This document shows, one piece after another, positions 20,022-30,371 of a DNA stretch of 64,000 bases (positions are counted from its first letter, which is position 1; every line of letters begins with the position of its first letter). Made by a program: the position numbers and the translations under genes. This stretch comes from an uncultured delta proteobacterium (GTDB lineage: Bacteria > Desulfobacterota > Syntrophia > Syntrophales > UBA2185): contig CAVSPA010000005.1 of assembly GCA_963729715.1 (NCBI GenBank), positions 448,001 to 512,000 on the forward strand. The letters are read 5' to 3'. Below the pieces are notes generated by a model. That model was given only the letters and a program-made list of their open reading frames with translations, did no database searches and had not been told where the DNA came from.

Positions 20022-22278
20022 TAAGACCGACAAAACGACGATCTCCGTTGGTGGCATGACCTGCGCAGCCTGTGTGCGCCGCGTGGAGCAGGCGCTGAAA
20101 TCCGTCGACGGTGTGACGGATGTGGCGGTCAACCTCGCCACTGCCCGGGCGACAATCTCGCATGGCGAAACATGGGGAGGGATCGAGGCGGTTAGGGATG
20201 TAGTCTCCGATCAAGGATATGATTTTCTCGGCATCCTCGACGAGGCCAGGGAAGACCCTATAGCTGTGGCGAGGACAAGGGAGGTCAAAGATCTCCAGAT
20301 TCGATTCGCCGTTGGCGCCTTCCTCAGCGTGATTATTTTTCTCGGCTCCATGCAGCACTGGTTTCCCTTTTTTGCAAATGTGCCGAGGCAGGTAGTGCTG
20401 GTTAGCCTTTTTTTCCTTACGACCCCTGTCGTCTTCTGGGTAGGGAGCAGATTTTATATCGGCGCCATAAAGGCGGCCCGGCAAAAAACAACGGATATGA
20501 ATACGCTCGTGGCGGTCGGGGCGCTTTCGGCATATTTATACTCCGCTCTGGCCACTTTTTTCCCCCGGATTTTTTCAAGCGCCGATATGGCTCCACATGT
20601 TTACTATGACGGCGCCGCCATGATCGTCACTCTGATAATCCTCGGCCGCCTCCTCGAAGCAAGAGCGAAAGGCAGGACGTCCGCAGCCATCAAGAAGCTG
20701 ATGGGGCTCAGGCCGAAGACCGCTCGCGTAATCAGGGGTGATAAAGAAGAAGACGTTCCCATTGACGCGGTCGCGAAAGGAGATCTGATCCTCGTCCGGC
20801 CGGGAGAAAAGGTCCCCACGGACGGTGTCGTCGTTTCCGGCAGCTCTTCCGTCGATGAATCCATGCTGACCGGTGAAAGTATGCCTGTCGTTAAAGAGGC
20901 CGGCGAGCATGTGTTCGGCGCCACGCTGAACAAGACCGGCAGCTTCACCTTCAGGGCAACAAAAGTGGGATCAGAGACTGCCCTGGCCCAGGTCATTCGT
21001 CTCGTCGAACAGGCGCAGGGCTCCAAGGCCCCCATCCAGAGACTGGCCGACAAGGTCGCGTCCATCTTTGTGCCTGTTGTTTTCGCCATTGGCATAATTA
21101 CATTTATAGTCTGGTACTTCTTCGTTCCCGATCACATTTTCAGCAGGGCTTTGTTGAATTTTGCATCCGTCCTGGTTATTGCCTGCCCCTGCGCCCTCGG
21201 TCTCGCGACGCCGACGGCGATCATGGTGGGAACCGGCCTCGGCGCCGAACACGGCATTCTGATCAAGGGTGGTGAAAGTCTGGAAAACGCCTACAAGCTC
21301 ACGACGGTGGTCTTCGACAAGACCGGTACGCTGACCAAGGGAGAACCGGAAGTGACTGATATAGCAACTTCTCCCGGCTATGAGCAGAACGGCATCCTTG
21401 AGATTGCCATATCCATCGAGGCCGTCTCGGAACATCCCGTTGCCGCGGCCATCGTGGAGAGCGGACGCCATGCCAGTGTTGCTGCTCTTTCCGTGGAAAA
21501 ATTTGAGGCTTTCGCCGGTCTCGGAGCCGGAGCGTTTATAAGAGGACGGTACTGCCTTCTCGGAAATCAGAGGCTCATGGAAATGAAAGAGATCAGGCTC
21601 GAAAGTCTCGCAGAAATAGCGGGGACGCTCGCCGCGGAAGGAAAGACATGCGTATTCATCGCCGAGGGAAATAAGGCGATCGGTCTTATCGGCCTTGCCG
21701 ACGTGCCGAGGGAATCGGCAAAAGAAACTGTCGCCACGCTGAAGGCCATGGGCTTAAAGGTCGCCCTCATTACGGGAGACAATATGAATACCGGAAGGGC
21801 CGTCGGCGGCGCCCTCGGCATAGATCATGTCATGGCGGAGGTTTTGCCGGCAGATAAGGCAGCAGAAATAAAACGACTTCACGAACAGGGCGAGGTCGTT
21901 GCCATGGTGGGCGACGGCATCAACGATGCGCCCGCATTGGCAGCGGCGGATATAGGGATTGCCATCGGCGCCGGCACGGACGTGGCGATAGAAGCAAGCG
22001 ATATAACCCTTATCAAGGATGACCTGCTCTCCGTGCCGATGGCGATCAGGCTTTCCCGGGAGACAGTAAAGGTGATCAGGCAGAACCTCTTTTGGGCCTT
22101 CATCTATAACATACTTGGCATACCCATTGCTGCGGGCGCATTGTATCCGCTTTTCGGAATTCTCCTCAACCCGCAGTTTGCCGCAGCCGCCATGGCGCTG
22201 AGCTCTGTATCCGTAGTGAGCAACTCCCTGCGCCTCCGGAGGGCAAATTTTTTCGGTCCGTTGGTTTCTTCAAAGTGA
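20008..22278 (+). CDS. copA: Cu(I)-exporting P1B-type ATPase
   Basis: [33 protein letters not shown] and MxxSS motifs. Confidence 0.95.
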   Translation: MTSPDKTDKTTISVGGMTCAACVRRVEQALKSVDGVTDVAVNLATARATISHGETWGGIEAVRDVVSDQGYDFLGILDEAREDPIAVARTREVKDLQIRFAVGAFLSVIIFLGSMQHWFPFFANVPRQVVLVSLFFLTTPVVFWVGSRFYIGAIKAARQKTTDMNTLVAVGALSAYLYSALATFFPRIFSSADMAPHVYYDGAAMIVTLIILGRLLEARAKGRTSAAIKKLMGLRPKTARVIRGDKEEDVPIDAVAKGDLILVRPGEKVPTDGVVVSGSSSVDESMLTGESMPVVKEAGEHVFGATLNKTGSFTFRATKVGSETALAQVIRLVEQAQGSKAPIQRLADKVASIFVPVVFAIGIITFIVWYFFVPDHIFSRALLNFASVLVIACPCALGLATPTAIMVGTGLGAEHGILIKGGESLENAYKLTTVVFDKTGTLTKGEPEVTDIATSPGYEQNGILEIAISIEAVSEHPVAAAIVESGRHASVAALSVEKFEAFAGLGAGAFIRGRYCLLGNQRLMEMKEIRLESLAEIAGTLAAEGKTCVFIAEGNKAIGLIGLADVPRESAKETVATLKAMGLKVALITGDNMNTGRAVGGALGIDHVMAEVLPADKAAEIKRLHEQGEVVAMVGDGINDAPALAAADIGIAIGAGTDVAIEASDITLIKDDLLSVPMAIRLSRETVKVIRQNLFWAFIYNILGIPIAAGALYPLFGILLNPQFAAAAMALSSVSVVSNSLRLRRANFFGPLVSSK

Positions 22279-22287
22279 CGCCGTCAA

Positions 22288-23031
22288 TTATTCCCTGATC
22301 TCCGGCGAGGCATTCGGGTCGAAGGGATTCGTTCTCATGGCGAAGGAAAAGAGATACGGATAATTTTCCCGCAGGTGCTTCATGTAGCTCAGCCATTCCG
22401 AGATCAACAGGCTGTAAGCCCTCTGCATGTCTCCCGCTATGTGCCTCAAGTCCAGCTCCGATAGGTTGCTTAGATCCGGCCGTGATTCAAGCTCTTCGGC
22501 CAGGTGGAATACTGACATGAGGAGGCTGGTGAACGCGTCATGCTCGAGGAGGTTCTGATTCTCGAGGAGCCTCATCATGAACTCCCTTTCCTTTACAAGC
22601 TTCTGTTTCAGGCTACCCAGATCTCCCCTGCGGATGCTGATTGCATAATCATATTTCTTCAGTCGCTTGCTCATATCGAGGAATTCCCCGGCAGACCATT
22701 GATTAGTAATGATGAGGTCCCGTCTGATCCTATCCGCGTTGGGGTCAAATTCAGAAAAGAATTTCAACAGGTCTTTACCGACTACGCTGAAGAAAGATCC
22801 GATGACCATGTTCAATCTTTCGAGAATGATTTTTCTTTCTCTGACGGCGAGGACTTCATGGATGATCAGTGTGACCAACAAGACTTCGATAAAGACGAAT
22901 GCGATATCGCCGATGAGACGATAGAATATGTGGTAGGCATCCCGGAAAAGGGCATAGTGGATGAGATAAAAAATCGCTGAAAGTGTAACCAATGATATTC
23001 CGAGAAGGAGCTGCCATTTGATATTTTTCAT
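22288..23031 (-). CDS. Hypothetical membrane protein (2 N-terminal TM helices)
   Basis: Long ORF downstream of yggS; hydrophobic N-terminus; C-terminal YPYLFS..RTNPFD. Start moved to MKNIKW. Confidence 0.75.
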   Translation of the reverse strand: MKNIKWQLLLGISLVTLSAIFYLIHYALFRDAYHIFYRLIGDIAFVFIEVLLVTLIIHEVLAVRERKIILERLNMVIGSFFSVVGKDLLKFFSEFDPNADRIRRDLIITNQWSAGEFLDMSKRLKKYDYAISIRRGDLGSLKQKLVKEREFMMRLLENQNLLEHDAFTSLLMSVFHLAEELESRPDLSNLSELDLRHIAGDMQRAYSLLISEWLSYMKHLRENYPYLFSFAMRTNPFDPNASPEIRE

Positions 23032-23047
23032 AATTAAGTCTCGCAAG

Positions 23048-23749
23048 TTACTTCGCAATCGGTCTCTCTCCGAAGATGCTCCTCCCTACCCTTACGATCG
23101 TCGCCCCTTCCTCAACGGCAACCTCGTAATCTCCGGACATGCCCATGGAGAGTTCCCGCATTTCAACGCGATTGATATTTTCATCACTAATCCCGCCTCT
23201 CAACTCCCGCAGTGCCGCAAAATAGGGTCTCGCGTCTTCGGGGTTATCAAACCACGGGGCCATGGTCATGAGACCCTGTATGGAAAGATTATTGAGGGCT
23301 GATATGTCCTTGACGAGTTGCATGGCCTCTTCGTGTGGGACGCCACTTTTCGTTTTCTCGCTGCTGATATTAACTTCGATCAGTATTTTCGTTACAAGAT
23401 CTGCAGCACAGGCTCTCCTGTCAAGCTCAACGGCCAGATCCATTCTGCCCACGGAATGGATCATATCAAAGAGCTTCACTGCATATTTGGCCTTGTTGCT
23501 CTGAAGGTAGCCGATCATATGCCACTCGATTGTCCTCCCCATCTTCTCAATCTTTCTCTTCGCCTCCTGAACATAGCTTTCCCCGATGATATCGACGCCG
23601 GCCTCGATAGCTTCCATGATCCTTTCGTCATCCACCGTCTTGGTCACGGCCATGAGCCTGACATCGGAAGCCTTCCGGCCCGCGCGCGAAGCGGCGCCGG
23701 CAATGTCGCTCCTGATCCTTTCGATATTAGCCTTCACCGTCGATTCCAT
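23048..23749 (-). CDS. yggS: PLP homeostasis protein YggS
   Basis: AVTKT, GESYVQE, WHMIG.LQSNK, GLMTM, LSMGMSGD, VRVGRSIFG. Confidence 0.95.
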   Translation of the reverse strand: MESTVKANIERIRSDIAGAASRAGRKASDVRLMAVTKTVDDERIMEAIEAGVDIIGESYVQEAKRKIEKMGRTIEWHMIGYLQSNKAKYAVKLFDMIHSVGRMDLAVELDRRACAADLVTKILIEVNISSEKTKSGVPHEEAMQLVKDISALNNLSIQGLMTMAPWFDNPEDARPYFAALRELRGGISDENINRVEMRELSMGMSGDYEVAVEEGATIVRVGRSIFGERPIAK

Positions 23750-24347
23750 CGCTTACTCCGGCAAAGCCTATGGCCCCGATCCTTTTCAGTGCATCCACAA
23801 CCTCGCACAGGGGAAGGCCCATGACATTTGTGTATGAACCGTGTATCTCTTTTATGAAGAAGGCGCCCATTCCCTGCACGGCGTATCCCCCGGCCTTGTC
23901 GTATGGTTCCTGCGATTTTATGTACCACGCCGCTTCATCTTCCGGAATTTCCCGGAAGCGGACAGAAGATAGAACGGCGTCTCTGATCAGGATATCGGCG
24001 CTCTTCCTCACTACCGTGAAACCCGTGAAGACTGTATGGATTTGCCCGCTCAGCTTGCCCAGCATCTCTTTTGCCTCATCAGGTGTCTGGGGCTTGCCGA
24101 GTACGTCGCCATTGATAATGACGATGGTGTCCGCACCCATTACCCAAGCCTCAGGATGGAGCATGGAGGCAATCCGCGCTTTTTCTTCCGAGAGTCTCAG
24201 GACATGATCCCGCGGTGCTTCCCCTTTGATGAACTTCTCATCGACGTTACTCGGCATTATCTCAAAGCGTAATCCGAGGATACTCAAAAGCTCAATCCGG
24301 CGGGGAGATGCGGACGCGAGGATAAACCTTCCGAACGTGGTCACCAC
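23727..24347 (-). CDS. maf: Maf-family nucleoside triphosphate pyrophosphatase
   Basis: ILASASPRR.ELL, GADTIV, LGKP, DKAGGY..QG, NVMGLP. Confidence 0.95.
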   Translation of the reverse strand: MVTTFGRFILASASPRRIELLSILGLRFEIMPSNVDEKFIKGEAPRDHVLRLSEEKARIASMLHPEAWVMGADTIVIINGDVLGKPQTPDEAKEMLGKLSGQIHTVFTGFTVVRKSADILIRDAVLSSVRFREIPEDEAAWYIKSQEPYDKAGGYAVQGMGAFFIKEIHGSYTNVMGLPLCEVVDALKRIGAIGFAGVSDGIDGEG

Positions 24348-25423
24348 TATAGATATTCCTTCTTTTTCTTATCTTCCAGGATGTCCACGACCTTTTTTAC
24401 ATCCTGGGAACTGCCCCGCTTACAGATCAGCAGAGAATCTTCCGTGTCCACAACTATCAGGTCTTCCACACCAAGCAGGACGACAAGCTTCCGCGGACCG
24501 TGGATGAGTGAATTCCTGGCATCGACGCCAACGAAGAGATCGCGGCATGTTGCGGCATTTCCATTTTCGTCCTTGTCTGACACTTCCCACAGTGCATCCC
24601 AGGACCCCATGTCGGACCAGCCGAAGTCTCCTTCAATGAGAAGCACATTATCGGCCCTTTCCATGACACCGTAATCAATGGAAATGGATGGAATCGTTTG
24701 GTACACACGCCGGACGGCTTCACCTTCTCTCTCCGTCCCTGCGGCATCTTCTATGCTTATGAGACCTTCATGGATCCGGGGAAGCCATTTTTCGATTGCC
24801 CCCAGTATTGCGTCGACATTCCACACGAACATCCCGCTATTCCAGTAAAAGCCTCCTCTTTTCAAGAACGCCTTCGCTTGTTTGAGTGGAGGTTTTTCCC
24901 TGATGGATTTCACCTTGTAGATGCTTTCGCCGTCGATGGCAGCTTTGAGATCGCCCTTTTCAATATAGCCGTAGCCGATCTCGGGACTGGTTGGTGTTAT
25001 GCCGATTGTGACAAGGTAATTGCTGCGGCCGGCCATGTCGGCGGCAATGGAAAGGAGGTGACGAAATCGCAGCGCGTCATGAATCAGATGGTCCGCAGGG
25101 AGTACGACCATAATATCGCCAGGAGACTTCCGCCTGATGTGGAGAGCGGCAAGACCTATGCAGGGAGCGGTGTTTCGGCCGAGAGGTTCGATGATGATGT
25201 TCTCCTTGGGAATATACGGCACCTGCCTCATCAGCTCATCGGCATGGCTCTCTCCTGTAACGATCAGGATATTCTCCTCGGGGATAAGAGGCGCTATTCT
25301 CTCTATCGTCTCCTGGATAATCGTCCTGGGAGAGACCATATCGAGGAGATGCTTGGGCAGCCTTTCCCTGCTCTTCGGCCAGAAACGGGTGCCCTTGCCC
25401 CCCGCCATGATCACCGCGTACAT
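24347..25423 (-). CDS. manC: Mannose-1-phosphate guanylyltransferase
   Basis: MAGG.GTRFWP.SR...PK, EP.GRNTAP, PADH, EKP, WNSGMF, SIDYGVME, WSDMGSW. Confidence 0.93.
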   Translation of the reverse strand: MYAVIMAGGKGTRFWPKSRERLPKHLLDMVSPRTIIQETIERIAPLIPEENILIVTGESHADELMRQVPYIPKENIIIEPLGRNTAPCIGLAALHIRRKSPGDIMVVLPADHLIHDALRFRHLLSIAADMAGRSNYLVTIGITPTSPEIGYGYIEKGDLKAAIDGESIYKVKSIREKPPLKQAKAFLKRGGFYWNSGMFVWNVDAILGAIEKWLPRIHEGLISIEDAAGTEREGEAVRRVYQTIPSISIDYGVMERADNVLLIEGDFGWSDMGSWDALWEVSDKDENGNAATCRDLFVGVDARNSLIHGPRKLVVLLGVEDLIVVDTEDSLLICKRGSSQDVKKVVDILEDKKKKEYL

Positions 25424-25750
25424 CGGCTCAGTTTTCCTCCTTCATAAATTTTCAGCAGCATGCATTTGAGAATAAGATCTGCAGTAAATCCCTACGAATC
25501 GTTTCACCTGTTCAGGTCTGATTCGACAGAGTCCCTTTTCCGCGACTCTGCCTTGAAGCGGACCCAGTTTCACTCAGCTACCGTAACAAAAGAAAGGGTG
25601 ATTATCAATGTAAATAATAGATTACGGATATCAGCATCCGATGCGCCGGACAGCAGTATAATAGGCATTCGACTGAAAAGACTGCATCTTAAATTACGTT
25701 TCATCGCGAGAAGATATCATACAGATTGTCCTTGACAGTTACGCACGAAT

Positions 25751-25777
25751 GTATCACTAATATCGCAAATGTGCCAC
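25751..25777. promoter_or_regulatory. Putative NikR operator upstream of nikR (autoregulation)
   Basis: GTATCAC-13 bp-GTGCCAC, downstream of TTGACA (25732); resembles the deltaproteobacterial NikR signal GTGTTAC-N13-GTAACAC. Confidence 0.55.
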
Positions 25778-25786
25778 AGGTGAGCC

Positions 25787-26191
25787 ATGTCTAAGATAAT
25801 CAGATTCGGCGTTTCCTTAGAAGAAGCATTGCTTCATAATTTTGACAGCTTGATCAAGAAACGCAAATACACAAATCGCTCCGAAGCGATTCGTGATCTG
25901 ATCCGTCAGGAATTGCTGAAGCAAGACTTGGAAGAGGACCGGGACGTTGCCGGCGCAATAACCTTCATCTATGACCATCATCAGCGTGACCTCTTGAACA
26001 AGATTATCGACATCCAGCATGATCATCAGTATATCATCCAGTCATCGCAACACATCCATCTGGACCACCATAACTGCCTAGAGATCGTGGCTGTAAAAGG
26101 GAATGCCGGGAAGGTAAAAAAACTCGCCGACACCTTAAGAGCCCTCAAGGGAGTCAAGCACGGATCATTGAGCGTATCGGGCACCGGGTGA
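25787..26191 (+). CDS. nikR: Nickel-responsive regulator NikR
   Basis: RFGVSL, NRSEAIRDLIR, YDHH, H.HLDH.NCLE. Confidence 0.96.
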   Translation: MSKIIRFGVSLEEALLHNFDSLIKKRKYTNRSEAIRDLIRQELLKQDLEEDRDVAGAITFIYDHHQRDLLNKIIDIQHDHQYIIQSSQHIHLDHHNCLEIVAVKGNAGKVKKLADTLRALKGVKHGSLSVSGTG

Positions 26192-26229
26192 ATCACACAG
26201 AAAGGAAGACATTATTTTTTTGCTGATTG

Positions 26230-26256
26230 GTGGCACTATTATAAAGATAATAACAC
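26230..26256. promoter_or_regulatory. Putative NikR operator downstream of nikR
   Basis: GTGGCAC-13 bp AT-rich-ATAACAC; the GTGGCAC half-site is the exact reverse complement of GTGCCAC in the upstream box. Confidence 0.55.
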
Positions 26257-26380
26257 GTGACAATGTCGCCGGGAAAATGCAGGTCAGGCTGGATGAAGAA
26301 GTTTCTTATAGCCGCGCAAAGCTCATTGCATTTTAATCTTTAAGCCGGTACATTACCGGAAACAAGAGGTGTTTTTTGCC

Positions 26381-27571
26381 ATGACGGATAAATATCCCAG
26401 AATATTCCTCAAGCCAGGCCGCGACGCCTCGCTCTTGCGCGGGCATCCGTGGGTCTTTTCCGGAGCAGTTGCCGGAACAGAGGGCGAACTCGAACTTGGC
26501 GACATTGCCGTTGCCGTAACACATGAGCGTCAGCCCATGGCTCTGGGCTTCTACAATCCCACGTCTGACATCGCCTTCCGATTACTGACTGCGGAGACAA
26601 CGGCAGCAGTTGATTATACGTTCTGGCAGAAACGAATTCGCGAGGCCATGTCCTTAAGGGAGAAAGTGTTGCCCGAGGGAACGACGGCCTATCGCCTGAT
26701 TAACGCGGAGGGAGACTGGATGCCCGGGCTCATTGTCGACAGATATGCAGATTACATGGCTCTATCGATAGAGACGGCAGGAATGGAGAAGCATCGTGAT
26801 GCTGTTGTGAAAATACTCTCCGAAGAGATGCGGCCACTCGGTATTTACGAGCGGAGCGAAGGCCGGGCACGGCAGTTGGAAAGTTTAGATGATCATACCG
26901 GCATAGTCTACGGCGAGAGCCCGCCCCCGACAATCGAGATCACGGAAGATCATCTGTACTTCAAGGTGGATATAATCTCAGGGCAGAAGACTGGTTTTTT
27001 CCTGGATCAGCGGACGAACAGGAAGATTGCCGAACGATTAAGCAATCAGGCAAACGTCCTAAATTGTTTTTCATACACCGGCGCTTTTTCCGTCTACTGC
27101 GCCCGGGGAGGTGCCCGGCGTGTGATTTCCGTCGAGTCTTCGGAAGCAGCAAATGAAATAGCCAGAGGGAATCTAGAAAGAAACGGTTTTTCATCGGAGC
27201 AACACCCTGTAGTAAGGGCCGATGTCTTTAAATATCTGCGCGAGACGAAGGAACTCTTCGATCTGATTATCTTAGACCCGCCGGCATTTGCGAGAGCGAA
27301 GAAAGACGTAACGAAGGCCTCACGGGGCTATAAAGATATCAATCTGCAGGCCGCAAGAGCCCTCACGGAGGGCGGTTTGCTCGCTACCTTTTCCTGCTCC
27401 AATTATATTGGAGGGACGCTTTTTGAAAAGATTGTTCTCGGCGCCATGCGTGATGCCGGCAAATCGGCCCGGCTGCTTCACGCAATGGGTCCCGGACCGG
27501 ATCATCCTATAAATCTCGGACATCCAGAGGGACACTACCTCACCGGATTATTGCTGAATGTAACAAGATAA
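26381..27571 (+). CDS. rlmI: RlmI-like 23S rRNA m5C1962 SAM-dependent methyltransferase
   Basis: PUA domain GHPWVFSG, EGD..PGL.VDRY, GQKTGFFLDQR, FSYTGAF, LDPPAF, FSCS. Confidence 0.9.
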   Translation: MTDKYPRIFLKPGRDASLLRGHPWVFSGAVAGTEGELELGDIAVAVTHERQPMALGFYNPTSDIAFRLLTAETTAAVDYTFWQKRIREAMSLREKVLPEGTTAYRLINAEGDWMPGLIVDRYADYMALSIETAGMEKHRDAVVKILSEEMRPLGIYERSEGRARQLESLDDHTGIVYGESPPPTIEITEDHLYFKVDIISGQKTGFFLDQRTNRKIAERLSNQANVLNCFSYTGAFSVYCARGGARRVISVESSEAANEIARGNLERNGFSSEQHPVVRADVFKYLRETKELFDLIILDPPAFARAKKDVTKASRGYKDINLQAARALTEGGLLATFSCSNYIGGTLFEKIVLGAMRDAGKSARLLHAMGPGPDHPINLGHPEGHYLTGLLLNVTR

Positions 27572-27591
27572 GAGGACAGAAAAGAGTACCC

Positions 27592-30219
27592 TCAGGGGAC
27601 CGGCTCCGGCGCATGTCTTTCATTCATGATGCTTGCAGGCTCGTACCTTTGCTTAGGAAGACCAACCACTCTGTAGATCCTAATTTTTCCCATATCGTGT
27701 TCCGTTTCGTCATCGCCGATTTCGTCGACTGCCGGCGGGAACTGCGAGGCAAAATATGTCTTCTCGCTAATGATGATTCCATTGGGCCAAGACTTGCAAA
27801 GGTCCTGCAGTTTGAAAACGAAATTAGCGGCATCTCCGATTACGGTGTAGTCCATTTTCTTGTCAAAGCCGATATTGCCAACCACCACTTCCCCCGTGTG
27901 GATACTGATCCCCATTGTCAGCATTGTGCCATACTGTTTCATAAAATAGTCATTGATGTGCACCATCGCCTTCTGCATTTCGAGGGCCGCGGAAACAGCG
28001 TTATCCGCATCCATGGGCGTGGAAACAGGGGCGCCGAAAACAGCCAGAAATCCGTCTCCGAGATACTTATCGACGATCCCATGATGCTTGAAGACAATTT
28101 CTCCCATGGTTGAGAAAAAGTAATTAAGGATAGACACTGTCTTCTGGGGACCGATTTTTTTGGACAGTCTGGAATAACCTCGGATATCAATATTCAGCAG
28201 AGTCACGGTTTTGAACTCGTCGACTACCGGTCTTGCTGAGGCGCTGCCCAGCACAATTCTGTCTACGATTTCTTTGGGTACAAACTTTTGAAATACGTTT
28301 CTGATGCTCCGTTCGTTTTCGGCCATGGCCAGTGTTTCTTTGTAAAGCCGCGCGTTTTCCATGGCAATGCAGACCGAAGTCGATATGGCCTGGAGAAGAT
28401 GCTCGTCGTCGTTATTGAAGACGCTGTTAATTTTATTGAGCACCTCAATGACCCCGATTACTTTGCCCTGGGAAATGAGGGGCGCGCAGAGAACCGACTT
28501 GGTCTCAAACCCGGTCAAATCGTCAAATTCCGGAGAAAAGTGGGGATGCTTTTGAGCATTTTGGGCGATGACCGTTCTGCCACGGGTCGCGGCATACCCG
28601 GCAATACCCTGGCCAAGCTTGAGCCTGAAATCCCGCAGGGGTTCCATATTAATGTTAAATGCGATCTCCCATCTCAACTCGTTGTCCTCGAGGAGCATCA
28701 GAGAGCCGGCTTCCACATTCATGATCACACGAATCATATCCATTGTATAAGTCAGAACCTTCTCCGTATCGAAAGTGGAGGATGACAGTGCGTTGCCAAT
28801 CTGCCTGAGGGTCTCGAGTTCGTGGGTCCTTCTCACGAATGCCAGGGAAAGCTTTTCCTTTTCAATGGCGCGGGAGAGATCGCCTGCCATGCATTCGATG
28901 GCATCGTGCATATCGGCCAGTAATTCCATCGACACATTGCACAGTACGAGCACTCCCGTCGTGCGGCCATCTACTTTCAGAGGGGTCAAAATAGCGGTCT
29001 TGAAACCATGATCCAGAAAAATCTCCTTTTCGACAGGGTGCGATAGCCCTATCGTATCTTCGAGGATCAGCTGGCTCTGCCGCTTGATTACCTTATCGAT
29101 GACTGTTCCGTAGCAGCTGTATGAATTACCTCTCGAGATATTTGTGGAGACGAGCGCCAGGAATTCGGTGATGATTACATGCATCGAATTGTCTTCGTCG
29201 AGTTCGACAATGACGGCCATGTCATAAGGCATTGTTTCTCTGATTTCCTGGAGAATGGTATGGAGGAGTTCACTGCTCCTTAAGCTCGAATTGATGACTG
29301 AAGTGATTTTTTCTATGGCCTGGAGCTGCTTCGACTTGATTTCAGCTTCCTTGAGAAGACGCAGATTGTCATAGGTGAAAGCCGCATTGGAGAGCAGCGG
29401 TGAAAGGACATTTACGTCCTCCTGCGTAAAAAGATCATCAGATTTTCTCCTGGAAATGGTCAGGACGCCGATAACATCGTTAATGGTCTTGAGCGGCATG
29501 CATATGAATGATTTTGTCGCGTATTGAGGTCGCGATTTACGACCGAAGCGGATGTCTGTCTCTATATCTTCCACCAGAAGAGGGGTTTTGTTGAGCACGG
29601 CGTACTGGGCAATTCTATCCGCAAAACTAACCCGATCGCCTTTCTTGACGAAATCTCCCAATCCAATGCATGCTTCGATAACGAAAGCATCCCGCTTGGG
29701 TTTCTCCAGCATCATGATGGACCCGATGTCTGCATTCGTCAGCTTCAAGGCCCGCTCAAGGGTGATATAAAGCAGATCTTCCGGATTAAACGTCATGTAA
29801 CACAGGTCGGAGAGCTCCTTTAATATGGAAATTTCCGAGGTCTTCTTTTCCAAACGGTAGAAATTCGCCCGGAGTTCGTGCTCGAGGACTTGGAAGGAGT
29901 CCACTATCCCCTTCAATTCGCTGGCTGTCGATATCTGGGGCTGCGCGAATTCCTCTACGACCGTTCTTGAAATATTGCCCGATATGGAGACAATCTCGTC
30001 AAATAATTTGCGCAGTATCACGAATCCGAAGAGCGAGAAAAAGAGAAGCACGATGAAAAAAGGGGGGATATAATGATCGTTGAGGAATTCGTATTTTAAT
30101 GCGAAATACAGAAATCCGAAAACGGGGACAAGAAAGAAAAGTCCAAAAATGATTAATAATTTGTAATAGATGCCATAGCTTTCGATGGAGAATCTGTCAA
30201 ACCACTTCTTGAGATCCAT
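27592..30219 (-). CDS. Membrane-anchored multi-GAF class III adenylate/guanylate cyclase
   Basis: 2 TM helices; three GAF-like repeats (SFICMPL, AILTPL, SVLCAPL..IGVIEVLNK); cyclase motifs DIRGYS, DKYLGDG, GEVVVGNIG, YTVIGD. Confidence 0.9.
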   Translation of the reverse strand: MDLKKWFDRFSIESYGIYYKLLIIFGLFFLVPVFGFLYFALKYEFLNDHYIPPFFIVLLFFSLFGFVILRKLFDEIVSISGNISRTVVEEFAQPQISTASELKGIVDSFQVLEHELRANFYRLEKKTSEISILKELSDLCYMTFNPEDLLYITLERALKLTNADIGSIMMLEKPKRDAFVIEACIGLGDFVKKGDRVSFADRIAQYAVLNKTPLLVEDIETDIRFGRKSRPQYATKSFICMPLKTINDVIGVLTISRRKSDDLFTQEDVNVLSPLLSNAAFTYDNLRLLKEAEIKSKQLQAIEKITSVINSSLRSSELLHTILQEIRETMPYDMAVIVELDEDNSMHVIITEFLALVSTNISRGNSYSCYGTVIDKVIKRQSQLILEDTIGLSHPVEKEIFLDHGFKTAILTPLKVDGRTTGVLVLCNVSMELLADMHDAIECMAGDLSRAIEKEKLSLAFVRRTHELETLRQIGNALSSSTFDTEKVLTYTMDMIRVIMNVEAGSLMLLEDNELRWEIAFNINMEPLRDFRLKLGQGIAGYAATRGRTVIAQNAQKHPHFSPEFDDLTGFETKSVLCAPLISQGKVIGVIEVLNKINSVFNNDDEHLLQAISTSVCIAMENARLYKETLAMAENERSIRNVFQKFVPKEIVDRIVLGSASARPVVDEFKTVTLLNIDIRGYSRLSKKIGPQKTVSILNYFFSTMGEIVFKHHGIVDKYLGDGFLAVFGAPVSTPMDADNAVSAALEMQKAMVHINDYFMKQYGTMLTMGISIHTGEVVVGNIGFDKKMDYTVIGDAANFVFKLQDLCKSWPNGIIISEKTYFASQFPPAVDEIGDDETEHDMGKIRIYRVVGLPKQRYEPASIMNERHAPEPVP

Positions 30220-30371
30220 GGCGCCTCATGTATACTTGAATAAATGCACGGCCGTATCAATGACTATTTCGGCTAACCCACAGAAATTCTTTAATTCTAA
30301 GTCTTACAAATCGTCGGCCTGGTGAGCGATAACAAGGAAGAAATTACTTCGGGGAAATGTCTGATGGTCCG

